Shown here: piece by piece, positions 8,535 through 17,178 of the stretch
How positions within the stretch are numbered: position 1 is the stretch's first letter
How the letters are laid out: every line of letters starts with the position of its first letter
Assembly: GCA_016931955.1 (NCBI GenBank)
Contig: JAFGDV010000025.1
Location: forward strand, 1 to 33,540
DNA from: Candidatus Altiarchaeota archaeon
GTDB lineage: Archaea; Altiarchaeota; Altiarchaeia; IMC4; QMZM01
Direction: 5' to 3'
DNA length: 33,540 bases
Notes under the pieces: generated by a model
What the model was told of the DNA's origin: nothing
What the model saw: the letters and a program-made list of their open reading frames with translations, nothing else
The model's database searches: none
Translations under genes and position numbers: made by a program

Positions 8535-9614
8535 GACCCTGCCCATCTCCCTCTCGAGCAGAGCCATCTCTTTTTCGCTGAGAGCCTGCGGATTAATCGG
8601 GATTATAAGCCTGCAGTCCTTCAACTCTACCTTATCCTTCATCCCCTGAACGAAGCGCAGAACCTGCTCAAAGTTGGCGTGACTTATCAGGTATTCTAAG
8701 CCATCTAGGAGGATCACCGTCTTCTTGTTCTTCTCGATGAAGTCGCTTATGAGAGCAAAAAGCTGGTCTGGTTCAGGTGAAATACATTTACCGGTGCTTA
8801 ATGAGTCAGTAAGCCAGTAGATTGATATGGATTCACACAGCAACTGGAAGTCAACGTCTGCGATGTGCTCCTTCTCAATCTGCTCCGGGTTTGTTCGGGA
8901 GATGTAAAGACCCTTACATAGGGAGTTAACCGTTTTAAGAAACAAGGCAAAGCTTTTATCTGGCTTATACTCCTTAACCAAGTAGGTATGTCTTCCCTCC
9001 AATTCCTCGACCTCCTCTGTGCTGGGCATAACCTCCCCCTCCTTCAATTCCATGAACGTTTCAACCGTCTTCATCAGATCCCTGACGTCATTGTTCAATG
9101 GTGTGCCAATCCTCACAGACGGCGCCCCCTTCACCGAGATCTTTAATCTGCCCAACAGGGATAAAACGGATCTGGTAAAGTATAAGAAGGCTGCGAGGGG
9201 CAATACAATAGCCAGTAGATTGAATACGGTCTCTGGTAGGATGGCTGAGATGATTCCCGACAACTCAGGCACGTTTTCTTCAAAAAAAGAAAACACCGAC
9301 GTTATCACACCCTTGGAGTCTTCAGATTTCAAATACCCGTAGATCGAGGCCGCAAGCAGGGCTAAGGACTTAAAGATCAAGTCCCATGGAATGTAGACGT
9401 GGTGTTCTATGTTCGCTATATTCTTATAGGCTATGGGTATGAATGCCTTAGGGAACCTTCTCACAAAGATGATTCTTTTATTTGTCGCCACGGCCTTATG
9501 GAAACCAACTGTGAACTCCTGAATAGGCTCCTCCCCCTTAGTCAGATACTTGAGGTACTTAGACTTCAGATAGCCTTTTCTTATCGCATCCATATCTTTC
9601 CCCAATGGTTCCAT
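8529..9614 (-). CDS. Membrane protein with C-terminal DUF835 (inactive KaiC/RecA-like) domain
   Basis: Two hydrophobic helices, then GLYISRTNP...YWLT...VILLDGLEYLI...F..VLRFV...INPQALSEKEMALLEREM; RBS-like GGTGGTGA upstream. Confidence 0.85.
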   Translation of the reverse strand: MEPLGKDMDAIRKGYLKSKYLKYLTKGEEPIQEFTVGFHKAVATNKRIIFVRRFPKAFIPIAYKNIANIEHHVYIPWDLIFKSLALLAASIYGYLKSEDSKGVITSVFSFFEENVPELSGIISAILPETVFNLLAIVLPLAAFLYFTRSVLSLLGRLKISVKGAPSVRIGTPLNNDVRDLMKTVETFMELKEGEVMPSTEEVEELEGRHTYLVKEYKPDKSFALFLKTVNSLCKGLYISRTNPEQIEKEHIADVDFQLLCESISIYWLTDSLSTGKCISPEPDQLFALISDFIEKNKKTVILLDGLEYLISHANFEQVLRFVQGMKDKVELKDCRLIIPINPQALSEKEMALLEREMGRVL

Positions 9615-9636
9615 GGCCTTATGTCACCACCTTTTT

Positions 9637-9665
9637 AAGTATATATATGACAAAGTATATATATG
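9637..9665. promoter_or_regulatory. Divergent promoter region with a 13-bp direct repeat AAGTATATATATG x2
   Basis: Exact copies at 9637-9649 and 9653-9665, between the divergent DUF835 and V4R genes. Confidence 0.55.
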
Positions 9666-9708
9666 TAGTGTAATAAACAGCTAGATATCCATCTCTGGAG
9701 GCAACAAA

Positions 9709-10113
9709 GTGAGGTATTCCACAATATCAGACGAGGAGATACATGAGATCAAGAAGATGTACGAGTCAATAATGTCCAAATCAAGTCATGGATTGTTTCA
9801 TTCAACTGGGAAGATAATAGGACAACACATAATCAAAGAAATCACTGACAGGGATAGATTCTTCGAAGAGGCCTCCAGGATACTAAAGGATAGGGATATC
9901 GTGCGGGATATATCCTTTGAAGAGAAGACGATAACGGTGAGGGGCTCTATAGAGGTAACCACCAGCGAATCCAACACCTGCGACATATTGAGGGGAATAA
10001 TCGCCGCCCTTTACAGGGGATACTACGATAAGAAGATATACTGCGAAGAAAAGGAATGTGAGAGTAAGGGCGCTGATGCCTGCAGATTCGAGATCATGGA
10101 GGAGGTAGTCTAG
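9709..10113 (+). CDS. V4R (4-vinyl reductase) domain protein
   Basis: C.ILRGIIAAL...CEEKECESKGADACRFEI V4R motif; GGAGG before the GTG start. Confidence 0.85.
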   Translation: MRYSTISDEEIHEIKKMYESIMSKSSHGLFHSTGKIIGQHIIKEITDRDRFFEEASRILKDRDIVRDISFEEKTITVRGSIEVTTSESNTCDILRGIIAALYRGYYDKKIYCEEKECESKGADACRFEIMEEVV

Positions 10114-10788
10114 ATGGAAAGACTGGAAACCGGCATCCATGGCCTAGACGAGATGACTGCCGGAGGATTCGCGCTGCCCTCAATGATTCTTGTTGGGGGT
10201 GAGCCAGGAACAGGGAAAACGACATTTGCCATGCAAAGCCTCTTCTATGGTGCGGAAAAAGGCGAACGCGGACTTTACCTGACCGCAATATCCGAACCAG
10301 TATGGGTCGTACAGAAGTTCCTGGGCAACTTCTCCTTCTATTCGGATAAGGCTATTGAGACAGAGAGGCTCGTATTCAAGGACATCGGTGCCGTCCTCTC
10401 GGAAAACCCGGACAGCATCCTGCAAGCGATACAGAAGAACGTCGAAAAATATGAGCCGAAGAGGGTTGTTATCGACCCCGTCACCGCAGTGATGAACAGC
10501 CTAGACGACGTAGTCAAATACAGGAGGTTCATGCATGACCTAACGACCTACATGAAGAGCCAAGCATGTGTAGCGATCCTGACTTCGGAGTACTCCTACG
10601 CTGATCTCCCGCATTCAGTGGACGCGTACATGGTCGACGCCCTGATCATTCTCTCTTATATGGAGATCGAGAACGCGAGAAAGAAATACCTCGAGGTCTT
10701 GAAGATGAGGGGGACAAAACACATAACAGGTAGAAGATCCCTCATACTGTCAGAGGAGGGGCTGCGCGTCCAACCAGAACTGAGGTAG
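10114..10788 (+). CDS. KaiC-like / RAD55 family ATPase (single domain)
   Basis: TGIHGLDEM..GG, Walker A GEPGTGKT, RVVIDPVT, LEVLKMRGT.H. Confidence 0.92.
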   Translation: MERLETGIHGLDEMTAGGFALPSMILVGGEPGTGKTTFAMQSLFYGAEKGERGLYLTAISEPVWVVQKFLGNFSFYSDKAIETERLVFKDIGAVLSENPDSILQAIQKNVEKYEPKRVVIDPVTAVMNSLDDVVKYRRFMHDLTTYMKSQACVAILTSEYSYADLPHSVDAYMVDALIILSYMEIENARKKYLEVLKMRGTKHITGRRSLILSEEGLRVQPELR

Positions 10789-10791
10789 GGT

Positions 10792-11391
10792 TTATGCACC
10801 GCCCCTTGATTCCCCAAGAACAATTCCCGTGGCTATCAGATGCGCGACCCTGATCGGCTCCGGGATAAGGCTCCTAGTTGCTGAAAGCCTGACTATGTCC
10901 TCTGCATCAGAGAAATCAATACCCCTGCACTGTATGTGGATGAACTTTCCCGGCTTCGTCTCCACCTTCCTCGGCCTTCCAGCCGTCTCTATGCACCTCC
11001 GATAGAATTCCCTGTTTTTCAGTTTTTTTATGGCTTCACCTATGGATTCAAAATCCGGCATCCGTCTGACAACGACGATGACAGGCAGCTTCGTCTCCTT
11101 GAAGAGCCGTTCTATGTCGACCAGGTTAAACCCCGCAAAACCCAAGCCATCAAGCATGATAACCCTCAAGTCCTTGTGTCTTGTATTCCTCATCATGTCT
11201 ATGATCCTGTCGGTGGAATCAATACCATCAACCTCGACCTCTGACTTCAAGACGCCGTCGAGGAAGCTACCCCCCCTGTAGACCACACCAACTATCATCG
11301 TCTTCTTATCTTTGTATAGATTAAAAGGCGCATCGTCTATCCCCACAATCCTGACCTCGTCCTTTATACTGTAGAAGCGGACCTCATCCAT
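10792..11391 (-). CDS. DUF99 / UPF0215 family protein (endonuclease V-like)
   Basis: IVGIDDAPF, VGVVYRGG..LDGV, VDG.D.T, MLDGL.FAGFN.VD, IPEPIRVAHLIA. Confidence 0.9.
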   Translation of the reverse strand: MDEVRFYSIKDEVRIVGIDDAPFNLYKDKKTMIVGVVYRGGSFLDGVLKSEVEVDGIDSTDRIIDMMRNTRHKDLRVIMLDGLGFAGFNLVDIERLFKETKLPVIVVVRRMPDFESIGEAIKKLKNREFYRRCIETAGRPRKVETKPGKFIHIQCRGIDFSDAEDIVRLSATRSLIPEPIRVAHLIATGIVLGESRGGA

Positions 11392-11422
11392 TGCTTATAT
11401 CTCTAGAATCATAGATTTTTAT

Positions 11423-12829
11423 ATGAATTCCGCAGGCATGGTTGTGTCATCAGACGGTCAGGAGATCGAGATCCTAGTCAAAGATGAGGGGGTCCGGGTT
11501 GGAACAATAATCAAGATCGATGATTCATATGGGATAATAGCCCACATGGGTTATAGGGAGGATGAGAGGATAGGGTCAAAACAGAAGCTCTTGGCGAAGG
11601 CGCAGATCTTCGGCAGACTCGAAGACGGCAGGCTGACTAAGGTTAAGAAACCAATCGAGCCCTACAAGGACGTCCTCCTACCGGATGACAGTGAGCTGGA
11701 GATTCTGCTCGCGAGTGAGAGCAACCTGAGCCTTGGCTGCGTCTACGGTACAAAAGCTAGGGCTTTCCTCGATCCTGCAGAATACGATCGACATATGGCG
11801 ATTCTGGCAAGCACCGGAGCGGGTAAGAGCTACACAGCAGCCAACCTGATCAAAGAGTTCGCTTCATTAAGCCTCCCTGTGATATTAGTCGACACCCATG
11901 GAGAATACCAGAAACTCCTCTCCAAAGCGGTTGGGAAGGAAGTCGACATCGAGGTCTACACAGTAAAACACCCGAGGAAGGGCTACAAGGAATTGAAGAT
12001 ACCCGTATCTGAGCTTGAGACAGAGGATTTCACCCACTTCACCTCCCTGAATGAGACCCAGAAATCAGCCCTCAGCGTAATCCTGGACAGACTAGATGGG
12101 AGCGAATACACACTGAAGGAGATAATCGAAGGCTGTAACAAATTGGGAGAGGATGCCGCACATGAGGAGACCGCTAAGGCCTTGCGGAGGAGGCTCACGT
12201 CCCTGGACAGGATATTCAAGGGCGTATTCGACAAGTATGGCACAGACATCACGGCGCTTGTGAAACCCTACCAGGTAACGATAATCGACGTATCATACGC
12301 ACCTCAGGGAGTCAGGCAATCAGTGGTGTCCTACATATCAAAAGAGCTCCTGCAGGGCCGGATTAGAAAAGAAAACGAGATGCCTAATCCAATAGGCTAC
12401 AAGCTTCTCTTCGTCGTCGAGGAAGCCCACAACTATGCCGGATCAAGGCTCCCCCACTCCTGCAATTACCAGATTCAGAGGATAGCGTCAGAAGGCAGGA
12501 AATTCGGCATAGGCTTGTGCGTCATATCCCAGAAGCCAAGCAAGATCGACGAAGAAATCCTGTCACAGTGCAATACTGGGATGTATATGCACATAACCAA
12601 CCCAAACGATAAAGAGCATATCAAAAGATCCTTCGAAGCCATAAACGAGGAGATCGTTAGGGACTTAGACTCCCTTGATGTCGGAGAATGTATAATAGCT
12701 GGCGCAATGAGCAGGATACCCTTCGTCATGTGTAAGGTTGACAGAATCAGGGTAGAGAAAGAAAAAAAAGAGCTTCCAAGATACGAGAAACCAAAGAAGA
12801 TTGAGGTTTCAGGCTTTGATTACGTATGA
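11423..12829 (+). CDS. HerA/FtsK-family ATPase (HerA-like)
   Basis: RHMAILASTGAGKS, VDTHGEY, VVEEAHNY, EGRKFGIGL.VISQKPS..D..ILSQCNT; N-terminal beta-rich HAS-barrel-like region. Confidence 0.9.
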   Translation: MNSAGMVVSSDGQEIEILVKDEGVRVGTIIKIDDSYGIIAHMGYREDERIGSKQKLLAKAQIFGRLEDGRLTKVKKPIEPYKDVLLPDDSELEILLASESNLSLGCVYGTKARAFLDPAEYDRHMAILASTGAGKSYTAANLIKEFASLSLPVILVDTHGEYQKLLSKAVGKEVDIEVYTVKHPRKGYKELKIPVSELETEDFTHFTSLNETQKSALSVILDRLDGSEYTLKEIIEGCNKLGEDAAHEETAKALRRRLTSLDRIFKGVFDKYGTDITALVKPYQVTIIDVSYAPQGVRQSVVSYISKELLQGRIRKENEMPNPIGYKLLFVVEEAHNYAGSRLPHSCNYQIQRIASEGRKFGIGLCVISQKPSKIDEEILSQCNTGMYMHITNPNDKEHIKRSFEAINEEIVRDLDSLDVGECIIAGAMSRIPFVMCKVDRIRVEKEKKELPRYEKPKKIEVSGFDYV

Positions 12830-14310
12830 GAATGGACCTGCACCCCAACGAGATAAGGATCCTGAAGGTCTTGAAAGAGAAATCCTCGACGGACGAGATA
12901 GCGAAAGCAGCTCAACTAGACCCGGACGCAGTAAATAGGACCATCTCATGGCTTTCTACGAAAGGGCTTGTTAAGCTCGATGAAAAAGTCCTCGAAGAAG
13001 TCGCCTTAGGTGAGGAAGGCAGAGCTTATGCGGAAAAGGGCTTGCCTGAGAGGAGGATTGTTCAATTAATCGGTGATGGGGGAAACATCTCTAACTTGAG
13101 TGGTAGGCTCGACAGGGAGGAGATAAGCATCGGCTTGGGCTGGCTTAGGAAGAAGAACCTTGCAAGGATGGAAGACAAAGGCCAGATAGCTGTCTTGAAC
13201 AAGGGTGAAACCGAGGATGAAAGGCTCCTAGCACTGTTGAGGGATAAAAACAGGGTTGAAACCTCTGATCTGACCCCAGAACAAAAGAAGGCCCTGGATC
13301 TCCTAAAGAGCAGGAGGAACGTCGTAGATGTACTAGAGAGAAAGAGGGTGCTAGTTCATCCAACAGAGGAAGGGATCAGAATAGGAGAAACCATGGAGGT
13401 TGAGGAAAAGATCTCCCAGCTCACGCCGCAGATCATAAGATCAGGCAGCTGGAAACAAGGCTCCTTCCGCCCATATGATCACAGAATATTCGTGAAACCA
13501 GAGTATGCCGCGAAAAAACACCCCCTAAGGAGGCTCATAGACAGGATCAGCGACATCTTCATCGCCATGGGCTTCAAGGAGATAAAGGGTCCTCTGATAG
13601 AATCCGCCTTCTGGAATTTTGATGCCTTATTCGTGCCCCAAGACCATCCTGCAAGGGACATGCAGGATACGTTCTATCTGGAAAACCCCGAGGAGATCGA
13701 GATCCCGCTCCTCGATGAGTTCAAGGATAGGGTCAAGGAAACCCACGAAAAGGGTTGGACTACAGGCTCAACCGGTTGGGGCTACCAGTGGAGTGGAGAA
13801 CACTGTAAACCCCCCCTGCTTAGAACGCATACCACAGCAGTAACATGCAAGTACCTGACCTCCCTGAGCAAAGGGGACCTGCCTGCGAAGGTATTCTGCA
13901 TAGGCAAGACCTTCAGGAATGAAGCCATAGACTTCAAGCATCTGCCAGAGTTCTATCAGGTCGAAGGTATCGTAGTGGATGAGAACGCAAACTTCAGAAA
14001 CCTTTTAGGGATACTGGATGAATTCTACCGCGAAATGGGTTTCAAGGTAAGGTTCAGGCCCTCTTATTACCCATATACAGAGATGAGCGTCGACCCCGAG
14101 GTCTACATGGAAGGCAAAGGCTGGATTGAATTAGGCGGCTCGGGCATATTCCGCCCTGAGGTGGTCAAGCCCTTGCTGGGCTTCGAGTGCCCTGTACTAG
14201 CTTGGGGCCTCGGCCTAGATCGCGTCGTCGCTTTAAGCCTGGGCTTGGAGGATATCCGGGACCTGTACATATCAGACCTGGACTGGCTTAGGAAGAGCAG
14301 GGTATTCTAG
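12826..14310 (+). CDS. pheS: Phenylalanine--tRNA ligase alpha subunit (archaeal type)
   Basis: FWNFDALFVPQDHPARDMQDTFYL, LLRTHTT, FRNEAIDFKHLPEFYQVEG, FRPSYYPYTE, AWGLGLDR. Confidence 0.97.
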   Translation: MRMDLHPNEIRILKVLKEKSSTDEIAKAAQLDPDAVNRTISWLSTKGLVKLDEKVLEEVALGEEGRAYAEKGLPERRIVQLIGDGGNISNLSGRLDREEISIGLGWLRKKNLARMEDKGQIAVLNKGETEDERLLALLRDKNRVETSDLTPEQKKALDLLKSRRNVVDVLERKRVLVHPTEEGIRIGETMEVEEKISQLTPQIIRSGSWKQGSFRPYDHRIFVKPEYAAKKHPLRRLIDRISDIFIAMGFKEIKGPLIESAFWNFDALFVPQDHPARDMQDTFYLENPEEIEIPLLDEFKDRVKETHEKGWTTGSTGWGYQWSGEHCKPPLLRTHTTAVTCKYLTSLSKGDLPAKVFCIGKTFRNEAIDFKHLPEFYQVEGIVVDENANFRNLLGILDEFYREMGFKVRFRPSYYPYTEMSVDPEVYMEGKGWIELGGSGIFRPEVVKPLLGFECPVLAWGLGLDRVVALSLGLEDIRDLYISDLDWLRKSRVF

Positions 14311-14995
14311 GGCTCCGAGGACAGTTGATGCTTGTCGAATATTTCCTCCAGCTTTGCGATGAACTCGTGGTTTTTGTTTACGTATAACATAGCCATCGTC
14401 TGGTAACCCTTTGGCGTCTCCACGAGAAAAGGCTCATCCTATATCAACACAAAGGCCTCACTAAGACCCTTAAGAAGCAGAAACCCTATGCATTTTCCTC
14501 GGTCAGCCATCTGATAGCGACATTCTTATCATGTTTAACCGAGTCTATTCTCGGCCGCACATATTCACGCCATATGTCTTCAACGGATCTGTTAAGCAGA
14601 AAGACTATGTTCTTGGTGTGAGGATTCTCAAGTGCCGGCCTGAGCACATCATCAAAGCCCTCCTCCGTCCTTATCCTGCCGAGGGGGATATTAAAGAAAC
14701 ATACATCGCCTGTATTCTCCTCAAGCCTATCTTTTATGCACTTCAGTTCGTTGGATGTTATGATTTCCACACCGGTTCCATTTATCTCTTTCTCCAGTAT
14801 CTCAAAGTCTTCTTCGATTTTTTCCTCAGAACGTACTAACAGGGCTATGATATAAGCTAGGTATACCACGATAAGTGCGAGGATAAACTCTGTTGGTATA
14901 ACCTGGCCGAAAACCCTGACAGTGATTGGCATCAGCAATGCCAGGATAACGCCAACGACTATGATAACCTTCTTCTCTAGATCAGAAAACCTCAT
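14307..14995 (-). pseudogene. Disrupted membrane protein gene (2 N-terminal TM helices plus soluble domain)
   Basis: ORF stops at 14486. Shifting frame at the A-run near 14493-14496 continues CIGFLLLKGLSEAFVLI*DEPFLVETPKGYQTMAMLYVNKNHEFIAKLEEIFDKHQLSSEP* to 14307, with an internal TAG at 14439-14441. Confidence 0.65.
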
Positions 14996-15057
14996 CTCAC
15001 TATCTTATTGCTCCTTTCACCTATATATTTTTTTGCCTGTAAGGGCAATCATTAACA

Positions 15058-15723
15058 ATGAGTGAACTTTCTTGCGGAATCGACGAAGCAGGTCGTGGCC
15101 CTGTCATTGGTCCGCTTGTTATGGGCTGTGTTGTTCTCGACGACGAAGGCAGAGAGGAACTGAAGAGGCTGAATGTCAGGGACTCCAAGAAGGTTGCCCC
15201 CTCAAGGAGGCTGGCTCTTGAACCCTCGATAAAAGAGATAGCCGTCGAATGGAGTCTTGTGAAGATAACCCCATTAGAGATCGATCTATTAAGGAAGAAG
15301 CATTCACTGAACTTCATCGAGGCAATGAAGGTTGCTGAGATGATACTTGGTCTTAGATGCATTCCCCACAAGATCATAATCGATTCCGCGGATACCGTTC
15401 CCGAGGAATACAAGAGGAAGATAATCCATTGCATTACCTCGGGTAATGAAGATTTTGTTATCCCTGAGATCATATCAGAGCATAAGGCAGATGATCGATA
15501 CGTGGAGGTGAGCGCGGCATCGATTCTGGCAAAGGTTGAACGGGATAGGGAGATAGAAAAGCTGCGGGCAATACACGGCGAACTGGGCTCAGGTTATCCT
15601 GCTGACGAATTAACTAAGAGATTCATCCATGAGCTCATGAGAAGGGGCGAACTCCCTGATTTCGTAAGAAAGTCGTGGAATACCGTGGACAAATCAAAAC
15701 AAACAACGCTTTTTGAATTCTAG
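15058..15723 (+). CDS. rnhB: Ribonuclease HII
   Basis: GIDEAGRGPVIGPLV, DSKK, EHKAD..Y..VSAASILAKVERD, GSGYP.D; C-terminal PIP box QTTLFEF. Confidence 0.97.
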   Translation: MSELSCGIDEAGRGPVIGPLVMGCVVLDDEGREELKRLNVRDSKKVAPSRRLALEPSIKEIAVEWSLVKITPLEIDLLRKKHSLNFIEAMKVAEMILGLRCIPHKIIIDSADTVPEEYKRKIIHCITSGNEDFVIPEIISEHKADDRYVEVSAASILAKVERDREIEKLRAIHGELGSGYPADELTKRFIHELMRRGELPDFVRKSWNTVDKSKQTTLFEF

Positions 15724-16298
15724 GTCAGGCTCAACGCCACAGCTACTGCACCATCCTCCGCCTTCGGGTAGTCTTCCGCGAAGGAGATGACAATAACATC
15801 GTTATCCTGCAGTTCTGGGCTGCTTAGAGCCTCCAACAGCCAGGGGAAATCGGACAAGCCTACTTCTGGGGTTGGGAACGTTAGCGTTTTTTTTGTGTAA
15901 ACCATGATCAGTACGCCGCGTGCCCCCATAGAGAATGCCGTATCCCTCTGTTCCATGCCGCTCTTTATCTCATCTGCGGCGTTGTGCACCACAACCAGGG
16001 AATGATGCATCCCCTCCGCGGTCAGGGATTCCATACCATCTAGCTCAAACGGCTCAGGAGGGGTAAAACCCCGCAGATAATCTTCTACCAGCTCTTCACC
16101 CTTTTTAGTAAGCCTGTGTCCCAGCTTACCTGAGGCTATTAAACCCTTCCCCATCAACCTCCCCAGTATTGTCCGAACAGAGCCTTCACCAACACCTAGC
16201 TCCTTTACCAGCTTTTTCCTACCAACCGCCTTACCCCTCAAGATAAACAGGGCTCTTACAACATGAACATCTGAAAAACTGGGGGCTGCTCCAACCAT
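15720..16298 (-). CDS. Winged-helix protein, DUF4443-like archaeal family
   Basis: VGRKKLVKELGVGEGSVRTIL..L HTH, and G.EQRD.A...GA.G. Confidence 0.75.
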   Translation of the reverse strand: MVGAAPSFSDVHVVRALFILRGKAVGRKKLVKELGVGEGSVRTILGRLMGKGLIASGKLGHRLTKKGEELVEDYLRGFTPPEPFELDGMESLTAEGMHHSLVVVHNAADEIKSGMEQRDTAFSMGARGVLIMVYTKKTLTFPTPEVGLSDFPWLLEALSSPELQDNDVIVISFAEDYPKAEDGAVAVALSLT

Positions 16299-16350
16299 CC
16301 TCTTAACTATTGGAATTTTTATACATTAAATCTCAAATATTTGAATTAAA

Positions 16351-16878
16351 ATGGGACTTAGACCTGCGAAATGCTATAGATGGAACAGCCCCGCGTATAC
16401 GAGGGTTGCCAAGAACCCCCAGGACTCCTTTGTCACGGGGATCCCTGGATCGAAGATAACCCACTACAACACGGGCAACCTCAAGGCAAGTTTTGACACA
16501 GAGGTTTCCATAGTTGCTGAAGGGGACATCCAGGTTAGAAACAATGCCCTCGAGTCCGCCAGGATTGCAATAAATCAAATACTTGAGAACACACTAGGTG
16601 CGAACAACTATATGCTGAAGGTGAGGGTTTATCCACACCACATCATTCGGGAGAACGTGATGGCGACCGGCGCCGGCGCCGACCGAGTGCAGAGCGGTAT
16701 GAGGAATGCATTTGGTAAGCCCATAGGAACCGCTGCGAGAGTGCATAAGGACCAGGCAGTTATCACAGTCTACATCAACAAGAGCGATGAACGTCTTACA
16801 AACGCGAAAAAGGCCCTAAGAGTCGGCAAAATGAAGCTACCAGGGTCTATGAGGATATCAGTTAGAACACATAAGTAA
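16351..16878 (+). CDS. rpl10e: 50S ribosomal protein L10e (uL16)
   Basis: RPAKCYR, QVRNNALESARIA, RVYPHHIIREN.MATGAGADRVQSGMRNAFGKP.G.AARV. Confidence 0.97.
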   Translation: MGLRPAKCYRWNSPAYTRVAKNPQDSFVTGIPGSKITHYNTGNLKASFDTEVSIVAEGDIQVRNNALESARIAINQILENTLGANNYMLKVRVYPHHIIRENVMATGAGADRVQSGMRNAFGKPIGTAARVHKDQAVITVYINKSDERLTNAKKALRVGKMKLPGSMRISVRTHK

Positions 16879-16880
16879 AG

Positions 16881-17150
16881 ATGAAACTGAATGTCGCAGT
16901 AACCCTGAGGATAACGCCCAAAGACATTGACACAGACCTATCATCTATCGAAAACGAACTGTCGAAAATAGCCGAGAACTACGGCAGACTCCATAAATCC
17001 GAGATAAAGCCGATAGCCTTCGGATTAAGTTGCGTTGAAGCCATACTGCTCTTAGACGACAGCAGAGGAGGCACGGACGAGATAGAGGCCGAACTGAAGA
17101 AACTGGATAGTGTGAGTCAGGTGGACATTATTGACGTTAACAGGTTATAG
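16881..17150 (+). CDS. ef1b: Translation elongation factor 1-beta
   Basis: I.P...D.DL, PIAFGL, GGTDEIE; 89 aa. Confidence 0.93.
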   Translation: MKLNVAVTLRITPKDIDTDLSSIENELSKIAENYGRLHKSEIKPIAFGLSCVEAILLLDDSRGGTDEIEAELKKLDSVSQVDIIDVNRL

Positions 17151-17178
17151 TTTTTATTCTGAAATCAGAATATCTTAC

